A DNA stretch of 64,000 nt from an uncultured Planctomycetota bacterium (GTDB lineage Bacteria; Planctomycetota; Planctomycetia; Isosphaerales; Isosphaeraceae): positions 6,336,001 through 6,400,000 of the forward strand of contig CAVTTN010000002.1 of NCBI GenBank assembly GCA_963737655.1, written 5' to 3'. Both the position numbers and the translations under genes were made by a program. Of this stretch, positions 56,007 to 64,000 are shown piece by piece (within the stretch, counting starts at the first letter, position 1; every line of letters begins with the position of its first letter). A model generated the notes under the pieces. That model was not told where the DNA came from. It searched no databases and worked only from the letters and a program-made list of their open reading frames with translations.

Positions 56007-57140
56007 TCATCCATTGCCCTTCTTCGCCTTGGCCTTCGGGCTGCTCGCCTTGGACTTAACCTTGGATTTGGCCTTCGCTTTCGCCGAGGCCTTCCCGGAG
56101 GACATCGGCAAGTCCCAGGTGCTCAGGGCCATGTCGAGGCTGGAGGCGACGAGGTGGCGGCCGTCGGGCGAGAAGGCGAGGCCGGTGACGTCCTCGGTCG
56201 GGCCGACCAGGATCGCGATCCTCTCGCCGGTGGCCACTTCCCAGAGGCTCACCGCGTTCTTCTCGGTCCCTCCGACGACCGCCCCGGTGGCCAGGATGCG
56301 ACCGTCGGGCGAAAAGGTCATGCACTTGATGCTCGGCTCGAACTCGGAGGAGAGCAGCTCGCCCCGGGGCTGCATGGCCTTGGGGTCCCAGAGGATCGTC
56401 TTCTGCTTCAGGAACGGCCCGCCGTTGACCGCGACGATCCCGGCCGTCGGCGAGCAGGCCACGGCCATGTAGGACGAGGAGGCATCGTTGGGCTCCAGGT
56501 CGAAGCTCTTGCGGAGCTTCTTGCCGGCGACGTCCCAGAAGAAGAGGGTCTCCCGGGTGATCTGGACGATCGTCTTGCCGTCGTTGGTGAAGGCGAAGCC
56601 CTGGGAGATGCCCTTGGGCGGGTCGAGTGAGCCGGCGAGCTTGTCGCCGCGGACGTCGTAGAGCATGACCGACTTCTGGTCGTTCGTGGCGGCCACGAGC
56701 GAGCCGTCGGGCGAGTAGGCGAGTGTCAGGATGGCGAGCGAGGGCTCGTCGAACTTCTTCCGGAGCTTGCCCGAGGCCGGGTCCCAGAAGAAGACGTCGC
56801 CGAGGTAGCCGCCGACGGCCAGGGTCTTGCCGTCGGGGGCGAAGGCGACGGAGAAGCTTTCGGGGCGGTCGTTGGCCTTGTCGTCGAACCGGCGGAGGAG
56901 CTTGCCGGAGGCGGCGTCCCAGAGGATCGCCACGTCCTCGCCGGCCGAGGCGATCGTCTTGCCGTCGGGCGAGAACGCCACCCCTCGGACGAATTTTTCA
57001 TGCCCCCGGAGCGTCCGGTCCGACTCCAGGATCGGCGGGCCGTTGCCCATGTCGCCGATGTCGTCCTGGGCCGTGGCGGCCGGGGTGAGGCCGAGGATCG
57101 GGACCAGGGCCAGGATCGCGGATCTCGTCTCGAATCGCAT
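56007..57140 (-). CDS. Exported WD40-repeat protein
   Basis: Signal peptide, repeated AFSPDG...LWD units, Lys/Ala/Ser-rich tail. Confidence 0.9.
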   Translation of the reverse strand: MRFETRSAILALVPILGLTPAATAQDDIGDMGNGPPILESDRTLRGHEKFVRGVAFSPDGKTIASAGEDVAILWDAASGKLLRRFDDKANDRPESFSVAFAPDGKTLAVGGYLGDVFFWDPASGKLRKKFDEPSLAILTLAYSPDGSLVAATNDQKSVMLYDVRGDKLAGSLDPPKGISQGFAFTNDGKTIVQITRETLFFWDVAGKKLRKSFDLEPNDASSSYMAVACSPTAGIVAVNGGPFLKQKTILWDPKAMQPRGELLSSEFEPSIKCMTFSPDGRILATGAVVGGTEKNAVSLWEVATGERIAILVGPTEDVTGLAFSPDGRHLVASSLDMALSTWDLPMSSGKASAKAKAKSKVKSKASSPKAKAKKGNG

Positions 57141-57297
57141 CGCTGATCCTCCGGGGGGGTGGCCAATCCGATCGATGATTCTAACCTTTATGCATGCTCC
57201 GTGCCAACGGCCCCGGGGAGCGTGAGCCGGGGTTCGGCGGCGCGGGATGTCCGAGGCATCCGTCTCCGGAGCGGATTTGGGCCACGAGCCGGGGCGC

Positions 57298-59033
57298 TCA
57301 GGGGGCGAATTTCCAGGTCGGCTGGAAGTCTCGGTGGATGTCGGGGTTGGTCAGGAGGACCCGGACCATCTCGATCGGCATGCCCCCGGCCATCAGGATG
57401 CGGTCGTGGAACTCGCAGTCGGTCATCTTGCCGGTCTCGACGACTTCCTTGTGAAGCGCCCGGAGCTGGAGGCCGCCGAGCATGTAGGCGGCCTGATACA
57501 GCGGCGAATAATTGCCCGCGAACGACCGCCGGACCTCGCCCGAGGCGCTGAACCGCTCGTGGCCCACGCGATCGACCAGGAAGTTCACGGCCTCGTCGGG
57601 AGTCATCTGGCCGAGGTGGAATTTCAGGGAGAACTCGATCCGGGCGCAGCGGTGCATCCTCCAGAAGAGCATGCCCACGCGGTCCTCGGGCGACCTGGGG
57701 AACCCCTTGTCCCAGAGGAGCATCTCCCAGTAGAGCGCCCATCCCTCGGTCCAGAACGGCGTGCCGAACGGCCGTCGGTGGGTGTTGAACCGGCGGTTGT
57801 AGAAGACCTGGAGGTGGTGCCCGGGGATCAATTCGTGGTGGACCGTCGCCCGGGAAAAGTGAATATTATTCGACTTGACGCTCATGAGCTTGTCTTCGAT
57901 CGACATGCTCTCGGTGGGGTACGAGACGATGATCGACTCGCCTCCGAGGAAGAACGGGTTGACCTTCTGCGCCTGGGGCTCATCATCTCGACCCGCCAGT
58001 CTTCCTTGGCGAGTGCGGGGACGGTCACCAGGTCGTGCTTCTCGACGAAGTCGATGGCTTCCTTCGCCAGCTCGCGGACGAGGCGGGGCTGGTCTCCGGC
58101 GGGGACGTAGAGGGTCTTGACCTTCTCCAGGGCGGCCTTCCAGTCGTCGCCGAAGCCCATCTCCTTCGACGCCTTCTTCATCTCGGCCTCGCACCAGGCG
58201 AACTCCTTCTCGCCGATGGCCAGGAGTTCCTCGGGCGAGTAGGCGATCATCTCGGCGCGGAGGTCTTCGAGGAGGCCGTCGCGACCGATCGGGTCTCCGC
58301 GGATGGTGTCGTCGTCGCCCCGCCTGGCCTCGGCGACGGTGTCGGCGAGGAACTTCGCGTAATCGCCCAGGGCCTCGTCGGCCTTGCGGTACGGGGCGCG
58401 AACCCACCAGGAAAACGTCGGGTCGTAGCCGTCGTAATAGCGGAACCAGCCGCCGAGGGCGGTCCTCAGGGCGTCGGCATCCCGGCTCGCTCGCAGAGCC
58501 ACGGGCTGGGGGGTCTTCTTGTCCTTCTCCCTCGCCGAGACCTCCTTGCGGGCGGCGTCGAGCTGGCCCGGCAGCCTCGCGAGGACCTCGGCCGACTTGA
58601 TCGGATCGACCGGGTCGAGCCGCCTCCGGGCCTCGACGAGGTCGGTGATCGTCCTGGAGAATGGGAGGAAGCCGGCGGTTTCCTCGGCCCGTCGCTTCTC
58701 GCGGTCGAGCCGGTCGAGGTCGGACTTGAGCTCGTTGTCGAGGAGGAGGTAATCGACCTTGCCCTCGGTGCCCAGCGCGTCGAAATCGAGTTCCTTGAGG
58801 CGGCCCCGCCATGCCTCGGAGAACTCGCGGAGTCGGCCGATCCTCGTCGGGGAGAACTCGACGGGGAACCTCCGGCCCACGCCCTCGCGGTCGGCCGACC
58901 AGCGCTCGACGACGGTGACCAGCTCGCTCGATGGCTTCTTCAAGAGGGGTTCGAGCGGGCCGACGACCGGGTCGGTGGGGCTCCCGTCGGCGAGGGCCAG
59001 GGGGACGAGGAGGAAGGCCAGGGTCCAGGGCAT
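57298..59033 (-). CDS. DUF885 family protein (frameshift ~57976)
   Basis: Signal peptide, HHELIPGHHLQ, EGWALYWE, QAAYMLG. One extra base in G4 at 57975-57978 joins the frames. Confidence 0.88.
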
Positions 59034-59187
59034 GGGCGGGGTTCCTCGGGATCGTTCTTGCCGGGCGGTCCGGGTCGGGATAGATATTACGCGGGCCCCG
59101 GGGATCGCCGCCACCGGCTCGGGGCGAGGCATCGGGCCTCGTCCCGGGAGCGTGGCATCCGGTGAGGCGCCCGATCGAGGGGTTCCG

Positions 59188-59724
59188 ATGCCCGACGACC
59201 CGTCTCCGAAACCGCCCGCCGACCCGATCGCGCCGAAGCCGGCCCCTCCGCCATCTCGGCCTGCTCCGCCGGAGGAACCCCCCTTCCCCGTCCGCGACCC
59301 GGGCGACCTCCTCGACCCCGGCCGGCTCGCGCAGACCGAGATGAGCGTGGGCCAGTTGATCGAGGAGGGCCGACGGGTAATCCGCCTGGTCCGCCCGGCC
59401 CACTACCGCGAGTATGGCCACCTGATCGCCCGGCTCGCGACGGCCGGCGCGACGCTCCGAGACCTCTGCGCCGCCGCCGCGTTCGCGAGCCGGGCGGCCC
59501 AGGCCCATCTGGAGGACCTCAAGGCCATCAAGCCGAAAGACCTCGAAGGGGTCCGGGCCCTGGACGAGGCGAGGCGAGGGGTTGGCGAGTCGTGGCAATC
59601 GTGGCGAGGGCTCTCGCTGGCGTATGCCGAGGTCATCGCCCTGCTCGCGACGCTCCAGCCCCGGGGGCCCGTGCCGGGGCCGGCGCCGGACCTCGCCCCG
59701 GATGCCCCGCCGAGGCTCGTCTGA
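59188..59724 (+). CDS. Hypothetical protein, Pro-rich termini with a helical core
   Basis: GAGGGG before the ATG, genome-like codon usage, fills the gap between genes. Confidence 0.6.
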   Translation: MPDDPSPKPPADPIAPKPAPPPSRPAPPEEPPFPVRDPGDLLDPGRLAQTEMSVGQLIEEGRRVIRLVRPAHYREYGHLIARLATAGATLRDLCAAAAFASRAAQAHLEDLKAIKPKDLEGVRALDEARRGVGESWQSWRGLSLAYAEVIALLATLQPRGPVPGPAPDLAPDAPPRLV

Positions 59725-59740
59725 TCGGTGAGGCGCCCTC

Positions 59741-60580
59741 TCAGGCGATCGCGTAGGAGGCGACGATCGCCGTGACGTTGTCCCGCCCCCCGGCATCCAG
59801 GGCCGCCTCGATCAGGGCCGCCGCCGCGGGCTGCGGCTCGCGGACCCGGTCCAGGATCTCGCCGATTCGCGGGTCCGGGACCATGTTCGTCAGGCCGTCG
59901 GTGCAGAGCAAGAGACGGTCGCCGTCGAGGAGGCGGAGGGTGGTGATCTCGGGGTCGATCCCCCGGACCCCGGCGAAGTTCAGGAGGACGTTGCGACGCC
60001 CGGGCAGGCTGTGGTCCCGGGTCAGCAGGCGAAGCTCGCCCCGTCGGTGGAGATACGCCCGAGAATCCCCCGCGTGGACGAAGAAGGCGTGATCGCCCGC
60101 GGTGTAGGCCACCGTCAAGGTGGTGCCCATGCCCTTGAGGCGCGGGTCGAGCTGGGCTTCGCGGATCACGGCGTCATCCACCTCGCGGAAATAATTCTTC
60201 ATCCGGTCGATCAGAGGGCCGATCTCGGCGTCGTCGATGGTCAGGGCCCAGCGGGGGGACTCCATCACGAGCCGGACGCCGGTGCGGATCGCCGTGAGGC
60301 TCGCGCGCTCGCCGGCGGCCATGCCGCCCATGCCGTCGGCCACGACCAGGACATAACCGACCTCCGGCGCGGGGTTGCCCAGCTCGGAGGCGGGCAGGCT
60401 GGTGATCAGGGGCTCGAAGAGCCGGCCCATCTTGGCGACCAGGAAGTTGTCCTCGTTCCCCTCGCGGACCTTGCCGACGTGCGTCATCGCGCCGAACTCG
60501 GCGCGGACGAGAGCGGGTCCCCGGGCCGAGGGTTCGGGCCGGAGGATCTCGACGGTGTCGAAGCTCGACGAGTCGCCCAC
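59741..60580 (-). CDS. PP2C-family Ser/Thr protein phosphatase
   Basis: GKVREGNED, VADGMGG, GMGTT, HAGDSRAY, LCTDGL, GGRDN. Confidence 0.92.
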   Translation of the reverse strand: MGDSSSFDTVEILRPEPSARGPALVRAEFGAMTHVGKVREGNEDNFLVAKMGRLFEPLITSLPASELGNPAPEVGYVLVVADGMGGMAAGERASLTAIRTGVRLVMESPRWALTIDDAEIGPLIDRMKNYFREVDDAVIREAQLDPRLKGMGTTLTVAYTAGDHAFFVHAGDSRAYLHRRGELRLLTRDHSLPGRRNVLLNFAGVRGIDPEITTLRLLDGDRLLLCTDGLTNMVPDPRIGEILDRVREPQPAAAALIEAALDAGGRDNVTAIVASYAIA

Positions 60581-60795
60581 GGGAGGTCCTCCGCTCGGGG
60601 TCGGACGCGCCCGACGGCGTCCTCCCTCCACCCATACTCCCCGGCGCCCCGGAATGCAACCGAGACGATCGCCGGGCGGGGCGCCCGGCTCGTCCCGGCC
60701 TCCGGTCTGTCGCGGGGGCGGAGGTCCGGTTATCCTTTCGAGGATCGGGCCGCAATCGCAACGCCTCTCGGACGTCTCCTCGGGAACCCGCGACG

Positions 60796-61053
60796 ATGAT
60801 GAGTCGGGAATCGCTCCGGACGACCCTCCTGGGCCTGCTGGAAGAGGAGATGGGCGAGCCCGTGCCCGCCCTCTCGGACGATCAGGACCTCCGCGAGGGG
60901 CTCGGGCTCGACTCCGTGGACGTCGTCGGGCTCGTCATGAGGATCGAGCGCGAATTCCGGGTCCGCCTGGCCCCCGAGGAGCTCGCCCGGACGAAGACCG
61001 TCGGCGACCTCCTCGACCTCATGGAGGCGAAACTGGCCGCCTCGGCCGGATGA
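60796..61053 (+). CDS. Acyl carrier protein
   Basis: LGLDSVDVV phosphopantetheine site, TVGDLL, 85 aa, acidic. Confidence 0.9.
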   Translation: MMSRESLRTTLLGLLEEEMGEPVPALSDDQDLREGLGLDSVDVVGLVMRIEREFRVRLAPEELARTKTVGDLLDLMEAKLAASAG

Positions 61054-61062
61054 AAGGCCCGG

Positions 61063-61431
61063 CTACACGGCCACGATCGCGACGCCGAGGGTGATCAGGA
61101 GGGTCCCGATCCACCGGGTCGGGCTGACGGCCTCGTGGAGGTAGAAGCGGGCCAGGAGGGTGGCGATCGGGTAGGATCCGGCCGTCAGGGGCAGGGCGAA
61201 GCTGAGGTCCGCCCCCCGGAGCGCCAGCATGTACAGGCCCAGGTGGAGGCCCAGGAGCGCCACCCCGGCCCAGATCCAGCCGTCCGAGGCGATCGCCAGG
61301 ACCTGGCGGGCCCACGGCCCTTCGACCTTCGCCGAGTCCTTCATCCCCCGGGAGAGGAACGTCTCCCCCACGGCCAGGACCACCACCGCCACCGCCATGA
61401 GGATCAGGGTCCGAACCCGGCCGGTCGTCAT
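61063..61431 (-). CDS. EamA/SMR-type four-TM transporter (ArnE/F-like)
   Basis: Four hydrophobic helices, DLSFALPL, LHEAVS...RWIG; ATGA overlap with the upstream gene. Confidence 0.85.
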   Translation of the reverse strand: MTTGRVRTLILMAVAVVVLAVGETFLSRGMKDSAKVEGPWARQVLAIASDGWIWAGVALLGLHLGLYMLALRGADLSFALPLTAGSYPIATLLARFYLHEAVSPTRWIGTLLITLGVAIVAV

Positions 61432-62681
61432 CGCGGGGGCTCCTTCGGGCGGGGGAGGTCCATCGTCCGGGCGAGGTCGGCGAACGCCGAGAGGAGGCCG
61501 TCGACCTCCGCCTCCTCGTGGTTCGCGTTGCACTGGACCCGCAGGACCCCCGAGTGGTACGGGACCGCCGGGAACAGCACCGACTGGACGTAATAGCCGC
61601 GATCGAACAGGAACTTGCCGGCGTCGAGCGTCCTCGCCTCGTCGCCGACGAGGATCGAGACGATCGGCGTGGCCCCGCCGATGACGACCAGCCCCAGGGC
61701 CTCCAGCCCCCGGGCCAGCCGGCCGATGTGGGCGTCCAGCCGGGTGCGGAGGGCGTCGTACTCGGGGGACCGGAGGATGTCCACCACGACCCCGATCGCC
61801 TCGAGGTAGGGAGGGACGACCGGGCCGCCGAACACGTAGGAGCTCGATCGGATCTTCAGGATCTGCCGGAACGAGCTCGGCCCGGCGATGAACCCGCCGG
61901 CGCAGGAGAACGCCTTGGAGAGCGACCCGACGACGAAGGTGTTGTCATAAGAGCCCAGGGCGTCCAGGACGGTCCCCCGGCCGTCCTTGCCGAGGACGCC
62001 GGTGCCGTGGGCGTCGTCGATGTAGAGGACCGCGTCGAGCGACCGGGCGACCTCGTCGATCTCCGCCATCGGCGGGACCACCCCGCTCATGCTGTACACG
62101 CCGTCGATGCAGACCAGGGCGCAGCGATACGGGCGGAGGCCCTCCAGGGCCCTCCTCAGCGAGGCCGGGTCGCTGTGCGAGAACGTGGCGACCTTCGCGC
62201 CGTTGGCCCGGGCGATCTTGGCCGCCTCCTGCATCGAGGAATGGGCCTGCTCGTCCAGGGCCACGGCGTCGCGGCGGCCGACCAGGCCGGGGATCGCGCC
62301 GAGGTTGGCGAGCATGACCGACGGATAGATCAGGACCGACTCGACCCCGAGCCACTCGGCCAGCTTCTCCTCGGCCTCGACGTTCGCCCGGACGCTGGCG
62401 AAGGCTCGGGAGGAGCCGTTGTGCGATCCCCAGCGGTCCAGCCCCCGGACGATGGCGGCGATCACCCGGGGGTCGCGGTCGAGCCCGAGGAAGCTGTCCG
62501 AGCCGAAGTTGACGACCCTCCGGCCGTCGACCTCGACCGACCGACCGGGCCCGCAGGCGTCCAGGACGAGGTCCTTGAGGTGGGACTCGGCGTGGGTCCG
62601 GCCGAACTCTTCGATGATTCGGACGAGGGTGGTCTGGCGGAGGGCGTGCCCCAACTTCTCCATTGGGGAGGTCGCGGTCAT
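61428..62681 (-). CDS. PLP-dependent alpha-oxoamine synthase (BioF/SPT/Kbl family)
   Basis: NFGSDSFLGL, GSSR, AHSS, DGVYSMSG, DDAHG, GSLSKA. Confidence 0.9.
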   Translation of the reverse strand: MTATSPMEKLGHALRQTTLVRIIEEFGRTHAESHLKDLVLDACGPGRSVEVDGRRVVNFGSDSFLGLDRDPRVIAAIVRGLDRWGSHNGSSRAFASVRANVEAEEKLAEWLGVESVLIYPSVMLANLGAIPGLVGRRDAVALDEQAHSSMQEAAKIARANGAKVATFSHSDPASLRRALEGLRPYRCALVCIDGVYSMSGVVPPMAEIDEVARSLDAVLYIDDAHGTGVLGKDGRGTVLDALGSYDNTFVVGSLSKAFSCAGGFIAGPSSFRQILKIRSSSYVFGGPVVPPYLEAIGVVVDILRSPEYDALRTRLDAHIGRLARGLEALGLVVIGGATPIVSILVGDEARTLDAGKFLFDRGYYVQSVLFPAVPYHSGVLRVQCNANHEEAEVDGLLSAFADLARTMDLPRPKEPPR

Positions 62682-62967
62682 GGGGGGTCCTCGGCGGCCC
62701 GAAGCGGGCCGGGCGTCCGTGGCGAGGGGGCGGCCTGGGGCCCGGGACGTTCTTCGCGAGAAAACTAGGATTGTGAAGCGGGCGATTCTATCGATAGACT
62801 CGAACGTCTCGCTAGCTCAAACTCCAACCGGCCCTCCGCACAGGGATCGGGCAGGCGGGCGCGCGGTCGTGCCGGGCCTCCCCGGGGTCGCGTCCCCCCC
62901 CGATCGACGCCGACCCGGAGCCGGAGGCCGCCTCTCTCTCCTCTGCGCGAAGGAATCGCCCCGAACC

Positions 62968-63807
62968 GTGACCAACGACACCTCGACCGCCTCGGGGCGC
63001 CCGTCCGGGGGCGGCCCTCGGGGCCAGAACGTCCCCGCCGCGGCCCTCCTCGGCCATGCGCTGTTCCGCGCGGCCCCGGACGACCTGCCCGCCCTGCGTC
63101 GCCGGCCCGGGCCCGAGGGCGGGGCGAAGGTCGCGCCGTCGGTCCTGCGATACTCCGACGAGCAGACCGTCGCCGGGGTCGCCGCCGTGTTCTCGGCCCT
63201 CGACGCGATGGGCGCCGACCCCGATCGGTTCGAGGGCTGGGGCGTGGTGGTGGCGTCGCGGTTCCTCGGCCGGTCCACGCTGGCGAAGGCGCTCCAGAGC
63301 TTCTCGGCCGAGGGCGTCTGGGGCGTCTCGCCCCATCTGATCCCCCATTTCGCCCTGCATTCCCCCGCCGGGACGATCAGCCTGGCCCTGGGCCTCCACG
63401 GCCCGAACCTGGGCGTCGGCGGCGGCCGGAACGCGCCGGCCGAGGGGTTCCTCACGGCCGTCTCGTGGCTGGCCGGCGGGTCCGTCCCGGGCGTCTGGCT
63501 CGTCCTGACCGGCTGGGACCCCGAGCTCCGGCCCGACCGCCGCGAGCCGGGCCCTTCGCGGTGCTCGGCCCTGGCCCTGGCCCTGGTCGAGGCCGACCCC
63601 GAAGACCCCCGGCCGTCCTTCGCGATCCTCCCGGCCGACTCCCGCCTCTACGAACCGCCGGGAGACTGGCTCGACCTGGCCCGCAGACTCGACGGCGACG
63701 GCGACGGCGAGGGCGACGGCGACGCCGGGCGCCGGACGGTCGCCTCGGACGCCTCCGGGCGGCTCCGCGTGGAGTGGCGACCGGCGAGGGAGGCCGTCTC
63801 GTCATGA
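62968..63807 (+). CDS. Short ketosynthase-like protein without the catalytic Cys (chain-length-factor-like)
   Basis: VSPHLIPH...AGTISLALGLHGPN matches the KS N-domain; GGGRNA replaces the TAC motif. Confidence 0.7.
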   Translation: MTNDTSTASGRPSGGGPRGQNVPAAALLGHALFRAAPDDLPALRRRPGPEGGAKVAPSVLRYSDEQTVAGVAAVFSALDAMGADPDRFEGWGVVVASRFLGRSTLAKALQSFSAEGVWGVSPHLIPHFALHSPAGTISLALGLHGPNLGVGGGRNAPAEGFLTAVSWLAGGSVPGVWLVLTGWDPELRPDRREPGPSRCSALALALVEADPEDPRPSFAILPADSRLYEPPGDWLDLARRLDGDGDGEGDGDAGRRTVASDASGRLRVEWRPAREAVSS

Positions 63808-64000
63808 CCCGCGAGGAACCGGTCTGGATCACCGGGGTCGGCGCCGCCTCGCCCCTGGGCGCCGACGTCCCGGGCATCGAGTCGGCCCTGCTCGCCGGGC
63901 GATCGGGCGTGACCCGGGTCGATCGCTTCCCCACGGCCGACTACCCGAGCCAGATCGCCGGCCAGGTGGCCGAGATCCCCCGCCCCGACGGATTCGACGC
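63804..64000 (+). CDS. Beta-ketoacyl-ACP synthase, FabF-like (partial)
   Basis: MTREEPVWITGVGAASPLG...LLAGRSGV...SQIAGQV; ATGA overlap; runs off the window. Confidence 0.85.
   Translation, partial: MTREEPVWITGVGAASPLGADVPGIESALLAGRSGVTRVDRFPTADYPSQIAGQVAEIPRPDGFD

Noticed and set aside
61428..62681. Assigning the symbol bioF or spt
   Set aside because: AOS subfamilies cannot be separated by eye.
63690..63725. gacggc hexamer run
   Set aside because: Encodes a DGDGDGEGDGD linker inside the KS-like CDS.

Overview
High-GC bacterial window whose gene content points to Planctomycetota, probably Isosphaeraceae (inference): three DUF1501 genes, two PSD1/DUF1549-DUF1553 cytochromes, a PVC-type heme protein, a PEP-CTERM protein and Tat-exported Gfo/Idh/MocA enzymes. 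It holds about 38 CDS and one ISAs1 element with terminal repeats and a target duplication; no rRNA, tRNA or CRISPR array was seen. Five genes are broken by single-base deletions, mostly in G/C runs, which look like long-read errors. Best leads: (1) a compact four-gene operon at 3349-8516 (PaaK-like ligase, RoxA-like di-heme protein, YghO/bCerS-like GNAT, Acg-like nitroreductase) matching no pathway I know; (2) a lower-GC islet at ~22950-25660 with a 67-aa orphan ORF inside a highly structured transcript resembling type I toxin mRNAs, plus a HEPN-like gene broken by an exact 19-bp duplication; (3) a CHASE3-PAS-LOV sensor missing from the ORF track, possibly fused to a REC-PP2C phosphatase; (4) an ACP / alpha-oxoamine synthase / KS-CLF lipid cluster at the right edge; (5) a single-ORF AmmeMemoRadiSam fusion and a giant TPR-alpha-2-macroglobulin lacking the thioester motif. 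All product calls come from motif recognition by eye, not database searches.
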